49,580 bases of DNA. Source: Leptospiraceae bacterium (GTDB lineage: Bacteria; Spirochaetota; Leptospiria; Turneriellales; Turneriellaceae). Positions within the stretch are counted from its first letter, which is position 1, and the number at the start of each line of letters is the position of its first letter. This document shows, piece by piece, positions 37,635-49,580 of the stretch. Made by a program: the position numbers and the translations under genes. The stretch covers positions 23,660 to 73,239 of the forward strand of contig JAGRNJ010000011.1 of the NCBI GenBank assembly GCA_020440825.1. The letters run 5' to 3'. A model generated the notes under the pieces. It was given only the letters and a program-made list of their open reading frames with translations, was not told the DNA's origin and ran no database searches.

Positions 37635-38678
37635 ATGGCATTGATTGATCGCATAAAATTTGACGGCGGCGCTGATGATATAGTATGGAAATACCCTAAA
37701 GACGATATTACCTGGGGTGGTCAGCTCATTGTCAATGAATCTCAGGAAGCTATCTTTTTCAAAGGCGGTCAGGCTCTCGATTTATTTGGGGCTGGCACAC
37801 ATACCCTGAAAAGCAATAATATTCCGCTGCTCGAAAAACTGGTTAACCTTCCTTTCGGTGGGGATACACCATTCACCGCAGAGGTGTGGTATGTTGCCAA
37901 AAAACAATTCTTGAATATGAAATGGGGTACCAAAACCCCGATTCAGGTAGAAGACCCAAAATTTGGCATTCTTACCAACATGCGGGCATTTGGTGTCTTT
38001 GGCTTTCGAGTGATTGATACCAGCTTCTTTGTTACTGAAATTGTCGGCACTCAGAAAGCAGTCACCACTCAGAGTGTGCATGATGTATTGCGCAGCACTT
38101 TGATAAGCGATATTGAAGAACTGATCTCCCAGGTTATACATGATGAAAACATCGATATTATTCGTGTCAATACCCAGCGATCAAAAATTGAGCAAAGATT
38201 TACTCCCATGCTCAATGAGAAGTTCGCAAAGATGGGTATCGAAGTTGTACAATTTGAAATAGAGTCGCTCAATATTCCACAAGACGACCCTGGCTATATG
38301 AAGCTGGTCGAGGCAAGAGCCAATCGGGCTGCGAAAGTAGAAGAAGCGCTTGGCGACAAGGCTGTAATTGATACTCTTGGTGCTGATTACCAGCGCAAGA
38401 GAATGCTCGATATTGGTGAAGCTGCTGCCAGTAATGAAGGCGGCGGCTCAGGCAGCATGATGGGTGCCGGCATGGGCATGGGCATGGGCGTCAATATGGG
38501 CCAGATGATGGGCGGCATGATGGGCGGTATGAACAATATGGGTGGCCAGCAACAGCAGCAACCTGCTGGTGATGACCCTGCTGCCAAATTGACAAAATTA
38601 AAAGGCCTGTTAGATGGCGGGCTCATCTCTCAAGAAGAGTTTGATAAAAAGAAAGCTGAGATTCTCGCTAACCTGTAA
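37635..38678 (+). CDS. SPFH (band-7-like) domain protein with a Met/Gly/Gln-rich linker and a C-terminal SHOCT domain
   Basis: The N-terminal ~250 aa are SPFH-like (MALIDRIKFDGGADDIVWKYP...). A low-complexity GMGMGMGVNMGQMMGGMMGGMNNMGGQQQQQ segment follows. The C-terminal SHOCT motif reads KLTKLKGLLDGGLISQEEFDKKKAEIL. Confidence 0.7.
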   Translation: MALIDRIKFDGGADDIVWKYPKDDITWGGQLIVNESQEAIFFKGGQALDLFGAGTHTLKSNNIPLLEKLVNLPFGGDTPFTAEVWYVAKKQFLNMKWGTKTPIQVEDPKFGILTNMRAFGVFGFRVIDTSFFVTEIVGTQKAVTTQSVHDVLRSTLISDIEELISQVIHDENIDIIRVNTQRSKIEQRFTPMLNEKFAKMGIEVVQFEIESLNIPQDDPGYMKLVEARANRAAKVEEALGDKAVIDTLGADYQRKRMLDIGEAAASNEGGGSGSMMGAGMGMGMGVNMGQMMGGMMGGMNNMGGQQQQQPAGDDPAAKLTKLKGLLDGGLISQEEFDKKKAEILANL

Positions 38679-38788
38679 TTGTTGAGATGGTGGCAAGGCG
38701 GCTGTATCGGCTTGAACTTGCCGCCAAATCAACTCAACCGACAGTATGAGATAATTTGCGAATAAAATTTCCTTAGAAAGACGAACGC

Positions 38789-39796
38789 TTGAAAAAGACA
38801 CAACTTCAGATTGTTTCCATTGTGAAACAGGTCGATAATTCTCTGCAAAAAATTCTGGGAGAAGACATTCCCAAGCTCAAGCAGATAAAAGATTTTACGG
38901 TCAAAGGCGGCGGTAAACGCATTCGCCCTATTCTATTATACCTGCTGTACCAGTTATGGGCGAAAAATCATCCCCTTAAATCAGACTTTAAGAGCAAAGA
39001 TGCCTATGATCTGTGTGCCATTCCCGAAATTATTCATGCAGCCAGTCTTCTGCATGATGATGTGCTCGACGAAGCCGAAGAACGCCGGGGCAAGCCCAGC
39101 GGCAGAAAGTTATTTGGCAATAAAGATGTTATTCTCGCGGGAGACTATCTGCTGGCCTGTGGCATCTCACGTCTCAATAAGTTTCGTAATCCTGATTTAA
39201 TGGATGTCTTCACCTCAGTGATCAAAGACTTATCTGTTTCAGAATTGCTGCAGATGGAATACCGCAGCAATCCGAAAATCAACTATGAAATTTATCATAA
39301 GATTATATATGGCAAAACCGCCTCACTATTTCGTGCCTGTTGCGAAGCTCCGGCGGTATGGTTGCAGCAAAGCCGTACAGTAATTGACAAAGCCGGTAAA
39401 GCGGGTGAAGGCCTTGGTCTCGTCTTTCAACTGCGGGACGACTGGCTCGATTACTTTAAACCCGAAGAACTTAAAAAAGAACCCTGGCAGGATTATATAA
39501 ACGGAGTGATCACCTATCCCGTGTTGTGCCTCAAGGGTCAAATACCCGAGAAAGAGTATAATCTGCTTGTAAAAGACATTTGCTCGCAGAATATAGAAGC
39601 AAAAAAAGAGAACGCAGAAATCTTTGTAAAAAAATTAAGAAATTTCGGGGCAGAAGAATTCACCTTGAAAAAACTGCAAACTGAGTACCATAAAGTGCAG
39701 CACTTTTTTGCCTCTTACCCCGACTCCCCTGAATGTAAACTGATTCTTGCCCAGTTCGACAAGCTAACCCTTAACAATCCTGAAAAAAAACAGTAA
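38789..39796 (+). CDS. Polyprenyl diphosphate synthase (trans-isoprenyl diphosphate synthase family)
   Basis: The first DDxxD motif is LLHDDVLDE and the second is FQLRDDWLDY. The 335-aa length suggests long-chain IspB/HepT-like specificity. Confidence 0.8.
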   Translation: MKKTQLQIVSIVKQVDNSLQKILGEDIPKLKQIKDFTVKGGGKRIRPILLYLLYQLWAKNHPLKSDFKSKDAYDLCAIPEIIHAASLLHDDVLDEAEERRGKPSGRKLFGNKDVILAGDYLLACGISRLNKFRNPDLMDVFTSVIKDLSVSELLQMEYRSNPKINYEIYHKIIYGKTASLFRACCEAPAVWLQQSRTVIDKAGKAGEGLGLVFQLRDDWLDYFKPEELKKEPWQDYINGVITYPVLCLKGQIPEKEYNLLVKDICSQNIEAKKENAEIFVKKLRNFGAEEFTLKKLQTEYHKVQHFFASYPDSPECKLILAQFDKLTLNNPEKKQ

Positions 39797-39861
39797 GCAC
39801 ATCGATTGCTCTGCTGAATATCTGCTTTGTTAAAAATGAATACTCTCCGATACTGTTAAGG

Positions 39862-40674
39862 ATGGCTGTGAATCAATCGGGTGTCAATCATTGGGCTGCC
39901 AAACATCTGGCTGCGTTCAAGATTTACAAAGGCCTCACCGGGCTTGGCGATTATTATTTTTTCACTTTTGAACTGGTACAGTCCCTCCGCAAATTAAAAC
40001 GCGATTCACTCGATGCATTTATTCGGGTATTGATCAACCAGATTCGTTTTACCGGAACAAATGCTTTGACCTTGCTGTCGATAATCTCTCTGTCGATCGG
40101 GGCTACCACGATTATTCAGGCGGTTACTTTTCTGCCCAAACTCGGCCAGGAAGACTTTATCGGTAACCTGTTGAAACTGGTAATTGTAAGAGAGGTGGGC
40201 CCACTGATTACAGCGATCATCATCTTGACCCGTTCGGGTTCTGCCATTGCCGCTGAGCTGGCCACGCAAAAACTGCATCGCGAGATTCAGGCAGTAGAGC
40301 TCATGGGAATGAACCCGTTTCTGCTTATGGTAATTCCCAGAGTGATCGGCGGCTTGATTGCCACTCTGCTTTTGATTTTATATTTTGATTTTGTGGCATT
40401 CATAGGCGGATACCTTATCTCTCAAATGATTACTTCGATCCCGTTTTCATCTTTCATTGAAACTGTAATTCGCTCATTGAGTGTAGGAGATGTGTTTTCT
40501 ACATTGCTCAAGGGGTTCGCCTATGGAATTTTCATACCTGTAACCTGCAGTTTTTACGGCCTGCAGCCTGAAACTCTGTTTGAAATACCGATTTTTGTTT
40601 CCAAAGCTGTGGTTCGCTCGCTTTTATTGGTTTTCTCACTCAACGCCTTGATTTCTGTTATTTTCTATCTCTGA
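39862..40674 (+). CDS. mlaE: MlaE/YrbE-family ABC transporter permease
   Basis: It carries the signature VREVGPLITAIIILTRSGSAIAAELATQKL and has the ~260-aa multi-TM topology. No adjacent mlaF or mlaD is present. Confidence 0.8.
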   Translation: MAVNQSGVNHWAAKHLAAFKIYKGLTGLGDYYFFTFELVQSLRKLKRDSLDAFIRVLINQIRFTGTNALTLLSIISLSIGATTIIQAVTFLPKLGQEDFIGNLLKLVIVREVGPLITAIIILTRSGSAIAAELATQKLHREIQAVELMGMNPFLLMVIPRVIGGLIATLLLILYFDFVAFIGGYLISQMITSIPFSSFIETVIRSLSVGDVFSTLLKGFAYGIFIPVTCSFYGLQPETLFEIPIFVSKAVVRSLLLVFSLNALISVIFYL

Positions 40675-40719
40675 TAAAATTTATCTTGTCAAAACGATAG
40701 TTCTTGAACCTGATGCACC

Positions 40720-41997
40720 ATGGCAGTAGTTGTTGAAATGACCCAGCTCTCACCCACCATGACAGAAGGTGTGGTAGTAGAGAAATACAAAAACGAAGGA
40801 GACCTTATTGCACCGGGAGATGCACTAGCAGGTGTAGAAACCGATAAGGCAGTTATGGATCTCGAAGCTTTTGATGATGGTATTCTGCTAAGCTGGATCA
40901 TAGAACCAGGCCAGAGACTGCCGGTTGGTTCACCTCTCGCTGTCATTGGCAGTTCCGGGGAAGATATTTCTGATCTGGTCAAAGAACTGAAAGCCAAAAA
41001 GATTGAACCCAAAGCTCCTGAAGCAGAACAGGAAAACCAGGCTGTTGAAAAAGAACCCGAGAAGTCAAATGTAACCCCGGCTTCAAGTACAGAACCTGAA
41101 AAAAGTAAAGAAGGCACAGACGAAAGCCATCCGCCCGATGCCCGTATTAAAGCTTCGCCGGTTGCAAAAAAAATAGCCGAGCTCAAACAGATTGATCTGC
41201 AACAGGTTCAAGGAAGCGGCCCGAATGGCAGAATCATTAAACGGGATGTTGAAAGTTTTACACCGCAAAGTAAAAGCCAGGGACGAGCTAAAGACAGTAT
41301 TGTGAACCTGTCGATGATGCGCCAGACAATCGCGCGTCGATTGACAGACAGTAAAAGCCATGTACCACATTTTTATCTTACCCGCAAAATTGATGTCACC
41401 CGGCTCATAAAAGTGCGCGCCGAATTGAATGAATCGTTGCAGGTTACTGAAAATTTAAATCATCCCAAAAAAGTAAGCCTGAACGATTTTGTCGTCAAAG
41501 CCTGTGCCCTTTCTCTGCAGGCTCATCCCGATGTCAATGCACAGTGGAACAACGACTCACTGATCATAAAAGGCAATGTTGATATCGGGGTCGCGGTCGC
41601 AGTTGAAGAAGGTTTGTTGACACCGATTTTAAGAAATGCTGACCAGAGAAGTCTGTTTGAACTCTCTATTGCGACCAGAGAAATTGCAGAGAAAGCACGC
41701 AAAAGAAAATTACAGCCTGATGATTATTCTGGCGGCAGTTTCACGATTTCAAATCTGGGCATGTACAATATAGATTCTTTTCAAGCCATCATCAATGCAC
41801 CTGAAGCTGCCTTGCTCGCAGTAGGCAATATCGTCACAGAACCACGGTATGACAAGAGCAAAGAATCTTTTATACCACGGGAAATCTTGACTGTAACTCT
41901 CTCCTGTGATCATCGGGTCATTGACGGGGCAAAGGGAGCTGTGTTTTTACAAACCCTGAGCGAACTGCTTGAAAACCCTTTGGTATTGCTCTCATGA
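40720..41997 (+). CDS. 2-oxo-acid dehydrogenase E2 component (dihydrolipoamide acyltransferase), pyruvate-dehydrogenase-like
   Basis: It has the lipoyl domain (LSPTMTEG...ETDKAVMDLEAF), an E3-binding domain (ASPVAKKIAELKQIDLQQVQGSGPNGRIIKRDV) and the catalytic segment CDHRVIDGA. Confidence 0.85.
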   Translation: MAVVVEMTQLSPTMTEGVVVEKYKNEGDLIAPGDALAGVETDKAVMDLEAFDDGILLSWIIEPGQRLPVGSPLAVIGSSGEDISDLVKELKAKKIEPKAPEAEQENQAVEKEPEKSNVTPASSTEPEKSKEGTDESHPPDARIKASPVAKKIAELKQIDLQQVQGSGPNGRIIKRDVESFTPQSKSQGRAKDSIVNLSMMRQTIARRLTDSKSHVPHFYLTRKIDVTRLIKVRAELNESLQVTENLNHPKKVSLNDFVVKACALSLQAHPDVNAQWNNDSLIIKGNVDIGVAVAVEEGLLTPILRNADQRSLFELSIATREIAEKARKRKLQPDDYSGGSFTISNLGMYNIDSFQAIINAPEAALLAVGNIVTEPRYDKSKESFIPREILTVTLSCDHRVIDGAKGAVFLQTLSELLENPLVLLS

Positions 41998-42025
41998 AAC
42001 TGTGAATCTTAAAAATTCAAGATTT

Positions 42026-42781
42026 ATGCTAAGACGAAAACTGATCACAACGTTTTTTTCTTTGTGCATTATATCTACCGGGCTAAAAGCTGCAGACTGG
42101 GATTTTCCCGTACAAATAACCACTCTTTACTATAAGGTCAAGATCATGGGAATTCACTCTGGCTTTGCAACCCTTGAATCTTTAGGAACAGGCAAATGCA
42201 CCCGCGCGCCTGGCAAGTCCTGTTATAAATTTCGCTATTCTGTGAAGATTGATCTGACCCTTTTTGGCGAAACCAGAATCGTCAGTGATGTAGAATTCTT
42301 CACAGATTCTAATGAGCCTCATTATGTTCGCCATTTAACCAGAAGAGGAGATAAAGTGATTCCACTGCAGATAACCTTTCGCTATGAGATTGCCAAAATG
42401 GAATTTATTGAACCCGATAAAACCTATACATTTGATCTGCTGCCCACTTCCCATATCATGGCAACCTTACCTATTTCTCTACGCTACGGAAAAGAATTTG
42501 ATGGCAACGTAGATGGGGCGTTATTCTATGATGACTGGTTACGGGAGATAAAAGTAAACTGTCGATATGAAGCGAAAGAAAGAATCTGCGGAATGAATGG
42601 TACCGACTATCTGCGTTACTATGGGCCGTACAGGGTGCCAACCTATATTCTGCTGGTGCCTATTCGATTTTTAGGTATCAACTTTGGCAATGTAACGGCG
42701 CGCTACACGAACAAAGCCGATGATATTGCCCAGGCCCCAAAGTATACAGCTGCAGATTTTGAAGTAATGAACGACGATTAA
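42026..42781 (+). CDS. Secreted hypothetical protein
   Basis: A signal peptide MLRRKLITTFFSLCIISTGLKAA is present. The ORF track extends upstream to 41969, overlapping the E2 gene. Confidence 0.4.
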   Translation: MLRRKLITTFFSLCIISTGLKAADWDFPVQITTLYYKVKIMGIHSGFATLESLGTGKCTRAPGKSCYKFRYSVKIDLTLFGETRIVSDVEFFTDSNEPHYVRHLTRRGDKVIPLQITFRYEIAKMEFIEPDKTYTFDLLPTSHIMATLPISLRYGKEFDGNVDGALFYDDWLREIKVNCRYEAKERICGMNGTDYLRYYGPYRVPTYILLVPIRFLGINFGNVTARYTNKADDIAQAPKYTAADFEVMNDD

Positions 42782-42831
42782 AAAAACTGTCATTTTTAAG
42801 AGAGAGCTCTCGAGAGACCGCCAGTAAAAAA

Positions 42832-43224
42832 CTACTCGGCGGCTGAGATTCGTATTCGATGAGTTCTTGCTGCCTTTTCACGATTGATCAAAGCAGTATC
42901 TCCCGCTACAGTCGACGACAATATTTCATTGAGTTTGTTCTGCTCAACATCTTTCTTAATTTCATTAGGCATTAATGCACCTTCGACCAGCACGCTCACC
43001 TTGCCATTTCTAACGTCAGCAAAGCCAGAATCAATTACAAAGGTAAGTTCATCATTGGCCGCGGCTTTTAATTTGACAATACCGGCTTCGAGCTCGGCAA
43101 CCAAAGGGGCATGGCCAGCGAGCACTGCGAAACTGCCTTTTATGCCGGGCAGCGCCACAGACTCGGCCTGCCCTTCATATAGAATGCGCTCTGGTGATGC
43201 TATTGAAACCTCTAATGCGCCCAT
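42832..43224 (-). CDS. atpC: F1 ATP synthase epsilon subunit
   Basis: The 130-aa product starts MGALEVSIASPERILYEGQA... and is the last gene of the atp operon. Confidence 0.9.
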   Translation of the reverse strand: MGALEVSIASPERILYEGQAESVALPGIKGSFAVLAGHAPLVAELEAGIVKLKAAANDELTFVIDSGFADVRNGKVSVLVEGALMPNEIKKDVEQNKLNEILSSTVAGDTALINREKAARTHRIRISAAE

Positions 43225-43225
43225 T

Positions 43226-45534
<2,309 letters not shown>

Positions 45535-45541
45535 GAATTAC

Positions 45542-47071
45542 TTACCGTACGTCTGCGGCTTTTCCTGCAAGAAATGACTCTGAAAAATCTTTCAGGGTAG
45601 CAGCCAGTTTTTCTTCATCTGGTAAACCACCGGTATCTTTGATTGCACTGAGCATTTCTGGATGTGCTTTCTCAAAAAAGTCAAGCAATGCAGTTTCATA
45701 CTCTGCAACCCGGGCAACCGGCACTTTATCGATATATCCTTTAGTACCTGCATACAATACAATTACCTGCTTTTCTACAGCAAGAGGTTTATTTTCTGCC
45801 TGTTTCAGCAATTCAACAAGACGCATACCCCGATCAATCTGACGTTGCGTAGCTGCGTCAAGATCAGTGCCTAACTGGGCAAATGCCTCAAGGTTACGAT
45901 ACTGTGCGAGGTCTAATCGCAGTGTACCGGCAACTTTACGCATCGCTTTAATTTGCGCTGAACCACCAACCCGCGATACGGAAATACCCACATCTACCGC
46001 AGGTCGAACACCTGCAGAAAACAGGTTTGGAACCAGATAAATCTGACCATCTGTAATTGAGATTACGTTGGTAGGAATATAGGCCGAGACCTCGCCTTCC
46101 TGAGTTTCAATAATCGGCAGAGCGGTGAGCGATCCGCCACCATTAGCATCATTCAGCTTCGCTGCTCTTTCCAGCAAACGGCTATGCAGATAAAAAACAT
46201 CGCCCGGATACGCTTCACGGCCCGGTGGGCGGCGCAACAGTAGCGACATCTGGCGATAGGCAGTTGCCTGTTTTGAAAGGTCATCATAGATCACAAGAGT
46301 GGCTTTGCCGGGCTTACGATACATGAACTCTTCTGCCATTGCAGTTCCCGAATAAGGAGCAAGATATTGTAATGGCGCCGGGTCAGAGGCATTTGCCGCT
46401 ACAATTATTGTATAGTCCATGGCTCCGGCTTTTTGCAGACGATCAATAAGGCCAGCTACGGTTGATGCTTTCTGGCCGATAGCAACATACACACAGATAA
46501 CGTCTTTACCTTTCTGGTTGATAATCGCATCTACAGCAATGGTGGTTTTACCGGTTCCGCGGTCACCGATGATCAGCTCTCGCTGTCCACGACCAATGGG
46601 AATCATCGAGTCAATCGATTTGATGCCGGTCTGCATTGGCTCGGTTACCGGCTTTCTTTTACTGATGCCAGGAGCAACAATTTCTACAGGACGAGTAGAA
46701 GTCGTCTGAATAGGACCTTTTCCATCGAGAGGTTCACCCAGTGCGTTTACAACCCGGCCAACCATGGCATCGCCTGTTGGAACTTCAAGAATTCTGCCCG
46801 TACGCTTAACGCTGAACCCTTCTCTTAAAGTCAGGTAGTCACCAAGAATAACCACACCTACTGAGGCATCTTCCAGGTTGAGGGCAAGGCCCATAACCCC
46901 ATTTTCAAACTCTAACATCTCGCCGGCCATGCAGTTGCGCAGACCGTAAACACGGGCAATACCGTCGCCCACCTCAAGTACACTGCCGACTTCATCGACT
47001 TTGAGATCCTGACCGTAATTTTGAATCTCTCTTTTCAGTACCGATACAATTTCTTCGGTGTTAACTTTCAT
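45542..47071 (-). CDS. atpA: F1 ATP synthase alpha subunit
   Basis: It has the P-loop GDRGTGKT; the length is 509 aa. Confidence 0.97.
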   Translation of the reverse strand: MKVNTEEIVSVLKREIQNYGQDLKVDEVGSVLEVGDGIARVYGLRNCMAGEMLEFENGVMGLALNLEDASVGVVILGDYLTLREGFSVKRTGRILEVPTGDAMVGRVVNALGEPLDGKGPIQTTSTRPVEIVAPGISKRKPVTEPMQTGIKSIDSMIPIGRGQRELIIGDRGTGKTTIAVDAIINQKGKDVICVYVAIGQKASTVAGLIDRLQKAGAMDYTIIVAANASDPAPLQYLAPYSGTAMAEEFMYRKPGKATLVIYDDLSKQATAYRQMSLLLRRPPGREAYPGDVFYLHSRLLERAAKLNDANGGGSLTALPIIETQEGEVSAYIPTNVISITDGQIYLVPNLFSAGVRPAVDVGISVSRVGGSAQIKAMRKVAGTLRLDLAQYRNLEAFAQLGTDLDAATQRQIDRGMRLVELLKQAENKPLAVEKQVIVLYAGTKGYIDKVPVARVAEYETALLDFFEKAHPEMLSAIKDTGGLPDEEKLAATLKDFSESFLAGKAADVR

Positions 47072-47688
47072 ACAGATTGCTCCTTGGTGATAATAAGATT
47101 GCTGTCCAGGTTATGAACCTTGATTCTTTCACGCCATTTTTTGATATAAGTGGCAATGGATGCATCGTACTGGTTGTCGCCGATGCGAATGACTACCCCG
47201 CCCTTCAGTTCGGGGTTTACTTTATTGGATACGATTACATCTATATTCCCATCGGGTAGAGAGAATGCTGCCCGGTTTTTAAGAATAGATTCTTTGATCG
47301 CAAGAACGATTTCATGATTTTGATCATCTTTCGCGATGCCAAAATCGTGGCCATAGGTTATTACAGCCCGAACCCTGCCTTTCTGAGAGTCATTTTCTTC
47401 GCTGATTGCATCAAAAATGTTGCCCAGCAGACTTTCTCTGCGCCGATCAATTAAAAGCTGCAGCAAATTCACTGTATGGGAACTCAATGAGCCCATTGCC
47501 TTCACCAGCTTTTTCTTCTTCAAATCAGAAGGAACCCGAGGAGATTCAAAGAATACCTGCAATTCAGGGTTTTCTTTCATTAAACCTACTACGGCTTCCA
47601 GTTCTGTTTCAAGATTTTCACTCTGCTCTCCCGAGATTTCAAATAAAGCCCGGGCATAGTTTCTAGCTGTTGCAGCAATGAGCTTCAT
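47068..47688 (-). CDS. atpH: F1 ATP synthase delta (OSCP) subunit
   Basis: The OSCP N-terminus reads [12 protein letters not shown]. The stop overlaps the atpA start by 4 nt. Confidence 0.85.
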   Translation of the reverse strand: MKLIAATARNYARALFEISGEQSENLETELEAVVGLMKENPELQVFFESPRVPSDLKKKKLVKAMGSLSSHTVNLLQLLIDRRRESLLGNIFDAISEENDSQKGRVRAVITYGHDFGIAKDDQNHEIVLAIKESILKNRAAFSLPDGNIDVIVSNKVNPELKGGVVIRIGDNQYDASIATYIKKWRERIKVHNLDSNLIITKEQSV

Positions 47689-47689
47689 T

Positions 47690-48208
47690 TTAACCAGCCT
47701 TTTTCTGGCGGATTTCTGTTATCTCTCTCAAGATAACCGCTTTATGAGTTTCTGCTTTCACTTCCTGGGTCAATATCTTGGAAAGTGCAGAAACGGTCAT
47801 ATCCACCACACTATTTTCAATTTCATCGAGAGCTCGCAGCTTGGCCTGATGTATATCTTGCTCTGTACGAACCTTGATGCGCTCTGCTTCTTCACGTGCT
47901 TCTTTGAGAATTTTCTCTTTCAGAACTTCCGCGTCTTTTCGCCCTTCATCGATCAGCTGATTCGCTTCAGATTTAATTGAATCAAGTTTTTTCTCATAGT
48001 CCATGAGCAGCTTTTCTGCTTCTTCTCTTAATTCTTTACTCTTCTGCAAATCACCCTCGACTTTTTCATTTCTGGAGTCGAGAGCTGCAATAATCGGTTT
48101 CCAGGCAAATAACCAAAGAACCGTAAGTACAACTGAGAATGTAATTACGGTCCAGATCAGTAAACCCGGATTCACCGCGAGAAGATTAAATGAGGCCAGT
48201 ATTGGCAT
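47690..48208 (-). CDS. atpF: Fo ATP synthase subunit b
   Basis: A single N-terminal TM helix is followed by a long charged coiled coil. Confidence 0.85.
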   Translation of the reverse strand: MPILASFNLLAVNPGLLIWTVITFSVVLTVLWLFAWKPIIAALDSRNEKVEGDLQKSKELREEAEKLLMDYEKKLDSIKSEANQLIDEGRKDAEVLKEKILKEAREEAERIKVRTEQDIHQAKLRALDEIENSVVDMTVSALSKILTQEVKAETHKAVILREITEIRQKKAG

Positions 48209-48225
48209 TCCTTAATCCCCTGCGA

Positions 48226-48471
<246 letters not shown>

Positions 48472-48485
48472 TTAATCCTTTTAAT

Positions 48486-49553
48486 TTAATGTCTGTGCTG
48501 CACCTGCGAAATAAACAGGGCGGTCAGAAATACGAAAATATAAGCCTGTAAAAAGGCTACAAACAGCTCGAGCAAATAGATTGCGGTGGCACTGAGCACA
48601 CTGGCCGGGGCCACATAGTAACTCTCGAACTGAAAAATAAATCCCATGAGGGCTAAGATAATAAGATGGCCTGCTGTCATGTTGGCAAGTAACCTGATGG
48701 CAAGCGCGAACGGCTTCGTGAACTGGCCGACAAATTCAAGCACCCACATCATTGGCCATAACGCGAGTGGTATACCTTTCGGGACGATATTGCGAATGAA
48801 CAGAATTCCCTGATGAGCAAAACCGGCGATCAGAATTACGAGGAAAGACATAACGGCCAATGCCGCAGTCACACTGATGTCCCCGGTTGGGGTTATACCC
48901 GGCCACAACTTCACCAAAATTGGCAGGTGCAGGCCATCATGATGTTCCCCATGCTGTGCCAGGCCAGTGGCCTCACCAATAAACTGGGCCAACTCTCCCA
49001 AAGGAGGTACGAGACCCAACAAATTGCAGAACAGGACAAAGAAGAATAAGGTCAACAGAAAAGGATCATAAGGATGAGAATGATGCCCCATTGACCCTTC
49101 GCTTACATCTTTACGAATAAAATTTGTAAATACTTCAACAACACCGGTAAAACGACTCGGTTTATCATATGGCCGCTTGGCAATTTTACGAGCGGCCGGT
49201 ATGAAAATCAACAGCATCAGTGCTGCAGCAATCCACATCATGACAACTCTCTTGGTTATCGACATATCCAATTCTGTGCCACCGATATTGACACTGAATA
49301 ACCATAGTTTTTCATCTCCTAAGTGATGAGCAATCACCTCACTGATATCAAAGCCCGACTTGACAGGGGCAGTCGCCCCGCTCAATTCATTGTGCGCAGG
49401 ATCAATTTCGTTTTTGATTTCTTCGCCGGCCGCCTGAATGGTCGACTCAATTTCTTCGATCGTATTTGCAGTTATAGAGGCACTGCTGGCAAGCAGCAGA
49501 ACAGAAGTTATGACAGATAGTATGATGGCTTTTGCTGATCTTTTTTCAAGCAT
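48486..49553 (-). CDS. atpB: Fo ATP synthase subunit a, with a ~90-aa N-terminal extension
   Basis: The C-terminal conserved Arg helix reads AIRLLANMTAGHLII. At 355 aa it is longer than the typical ~250-290. Confidence 0.88.
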   Translation of the reverse strand: MLEKRSAKAIILSVITSVLLLASSASITANTIEEIESTIQAAGEEIKNEIDPAHNELSGATAPVKSGFDISEVIAHHLGDEKLWLFSVNIGGTELDMSITKRVVMMWIAAALMLLIFIPAARKIAKRPYDKPSRFTGVVEVFTNFIRKDVSEGSMGHHSHPYDPFLLTLFFFVLFCNLLGLVPPLGELAQFIGEATGLAQHGEHHDGLHLPILVKLWPGITPTGDISVTAALAVMSFLVILIAGFAHQGILFIRNIVPKGIPLALWPMMWVLEFVGQFTKPFALAIRLLANMTAGHLIILALMGFIFQFESYYVAPASVLSATAIYLLELFVAFLQAYIFVFLTALFISQVQHRH

Positions 49554-49580
49554 CTCTATTTCCCGTAGTTTTATTTTCTG

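Noticed and set aside
42782-42831. Palindromic GAGAGCTCTC and CCGCC...GGCGG between the convergent hypothetical gene and atpC, considered as a terminator
   Set aside because: The stems are short with no U-tract. It could be a restriction-site-like palindrome by chance.

Overview
This 49.6-kb window is a bacterial chromosomal segment that is mostly coding, with no rRNA, tRNA, CRISPR array or mobile element. The protein families present (many lipoproteins, delta-60 and NHL beta-propeller repeats, FecR-domain membrane proteins, a class III adenylate cyclase, SpoIIE/STAS partner-switching parts and a 7TMR-DISM kinase) suggest a spirochete of the Leptospiraceae type; this is an inference, and GC content looks to be roughly 45-48%.

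Housekeeping genes are interleaved with cell-envelope and signalling islands:
- The 5' end carries pheT (partial) and pheS on the minus strand. Next come an ECF sigma factor and a convergent four-gene minus-strand operon of secreted beta-propeller lipoproteins with a FecR-like membrane protein.
- A large GH13 (alpha-amylase family) gene overlaps purF, which is followed by lpxB, trxB, a STAS antagonist, ybeY, a corC-like gene and recO.
- After recO come a lipoprotein and a membrane PP2C/SpoIIE-like phosphatase.
- A plus-strand operon encodes an outer-membrane protein, a HAMP class III nucleotidyl cyclase and a FecR/FN3 membrane protein.
- A minus-strand operon is headed by a 2149-aa modular surface lipoprotein (Ig-like repeats plus four LamG/ConA-like lectin domains) and includes two smaller envelope proteins.
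- The giant gene is divergent from a LuxR-type response regulator and a 7TMR-DISM histidine kinase. Downstream are an SPFH/SHOCT protein, a polyprenyl synthase, an orphan mlaE, an orphan lipoyl-E2 acyltransferase and a secreted hypothetical protein.
- The complete F1Fo ATP synthase operon atpBEFHAGDC lies on the minus strand at the 3' end.

The most interesting signals are cis-elements and gene contexts rather than a recognisable defence or mobile system:
- Two perfect palindromes flank the giant adhesin gene.
- An identical 21-nt motif recurs upstream of two unrelated genes.
- A roughly 345-bp x3 tandem repeat sits inside the giant gene.
- A module duplicated across a gene boundary shares a YLK(N/S)G motif.
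- Two FecR-domain proteins are wired to surface proteins and a cyclase rather than to the nearby ECF sigma factor.
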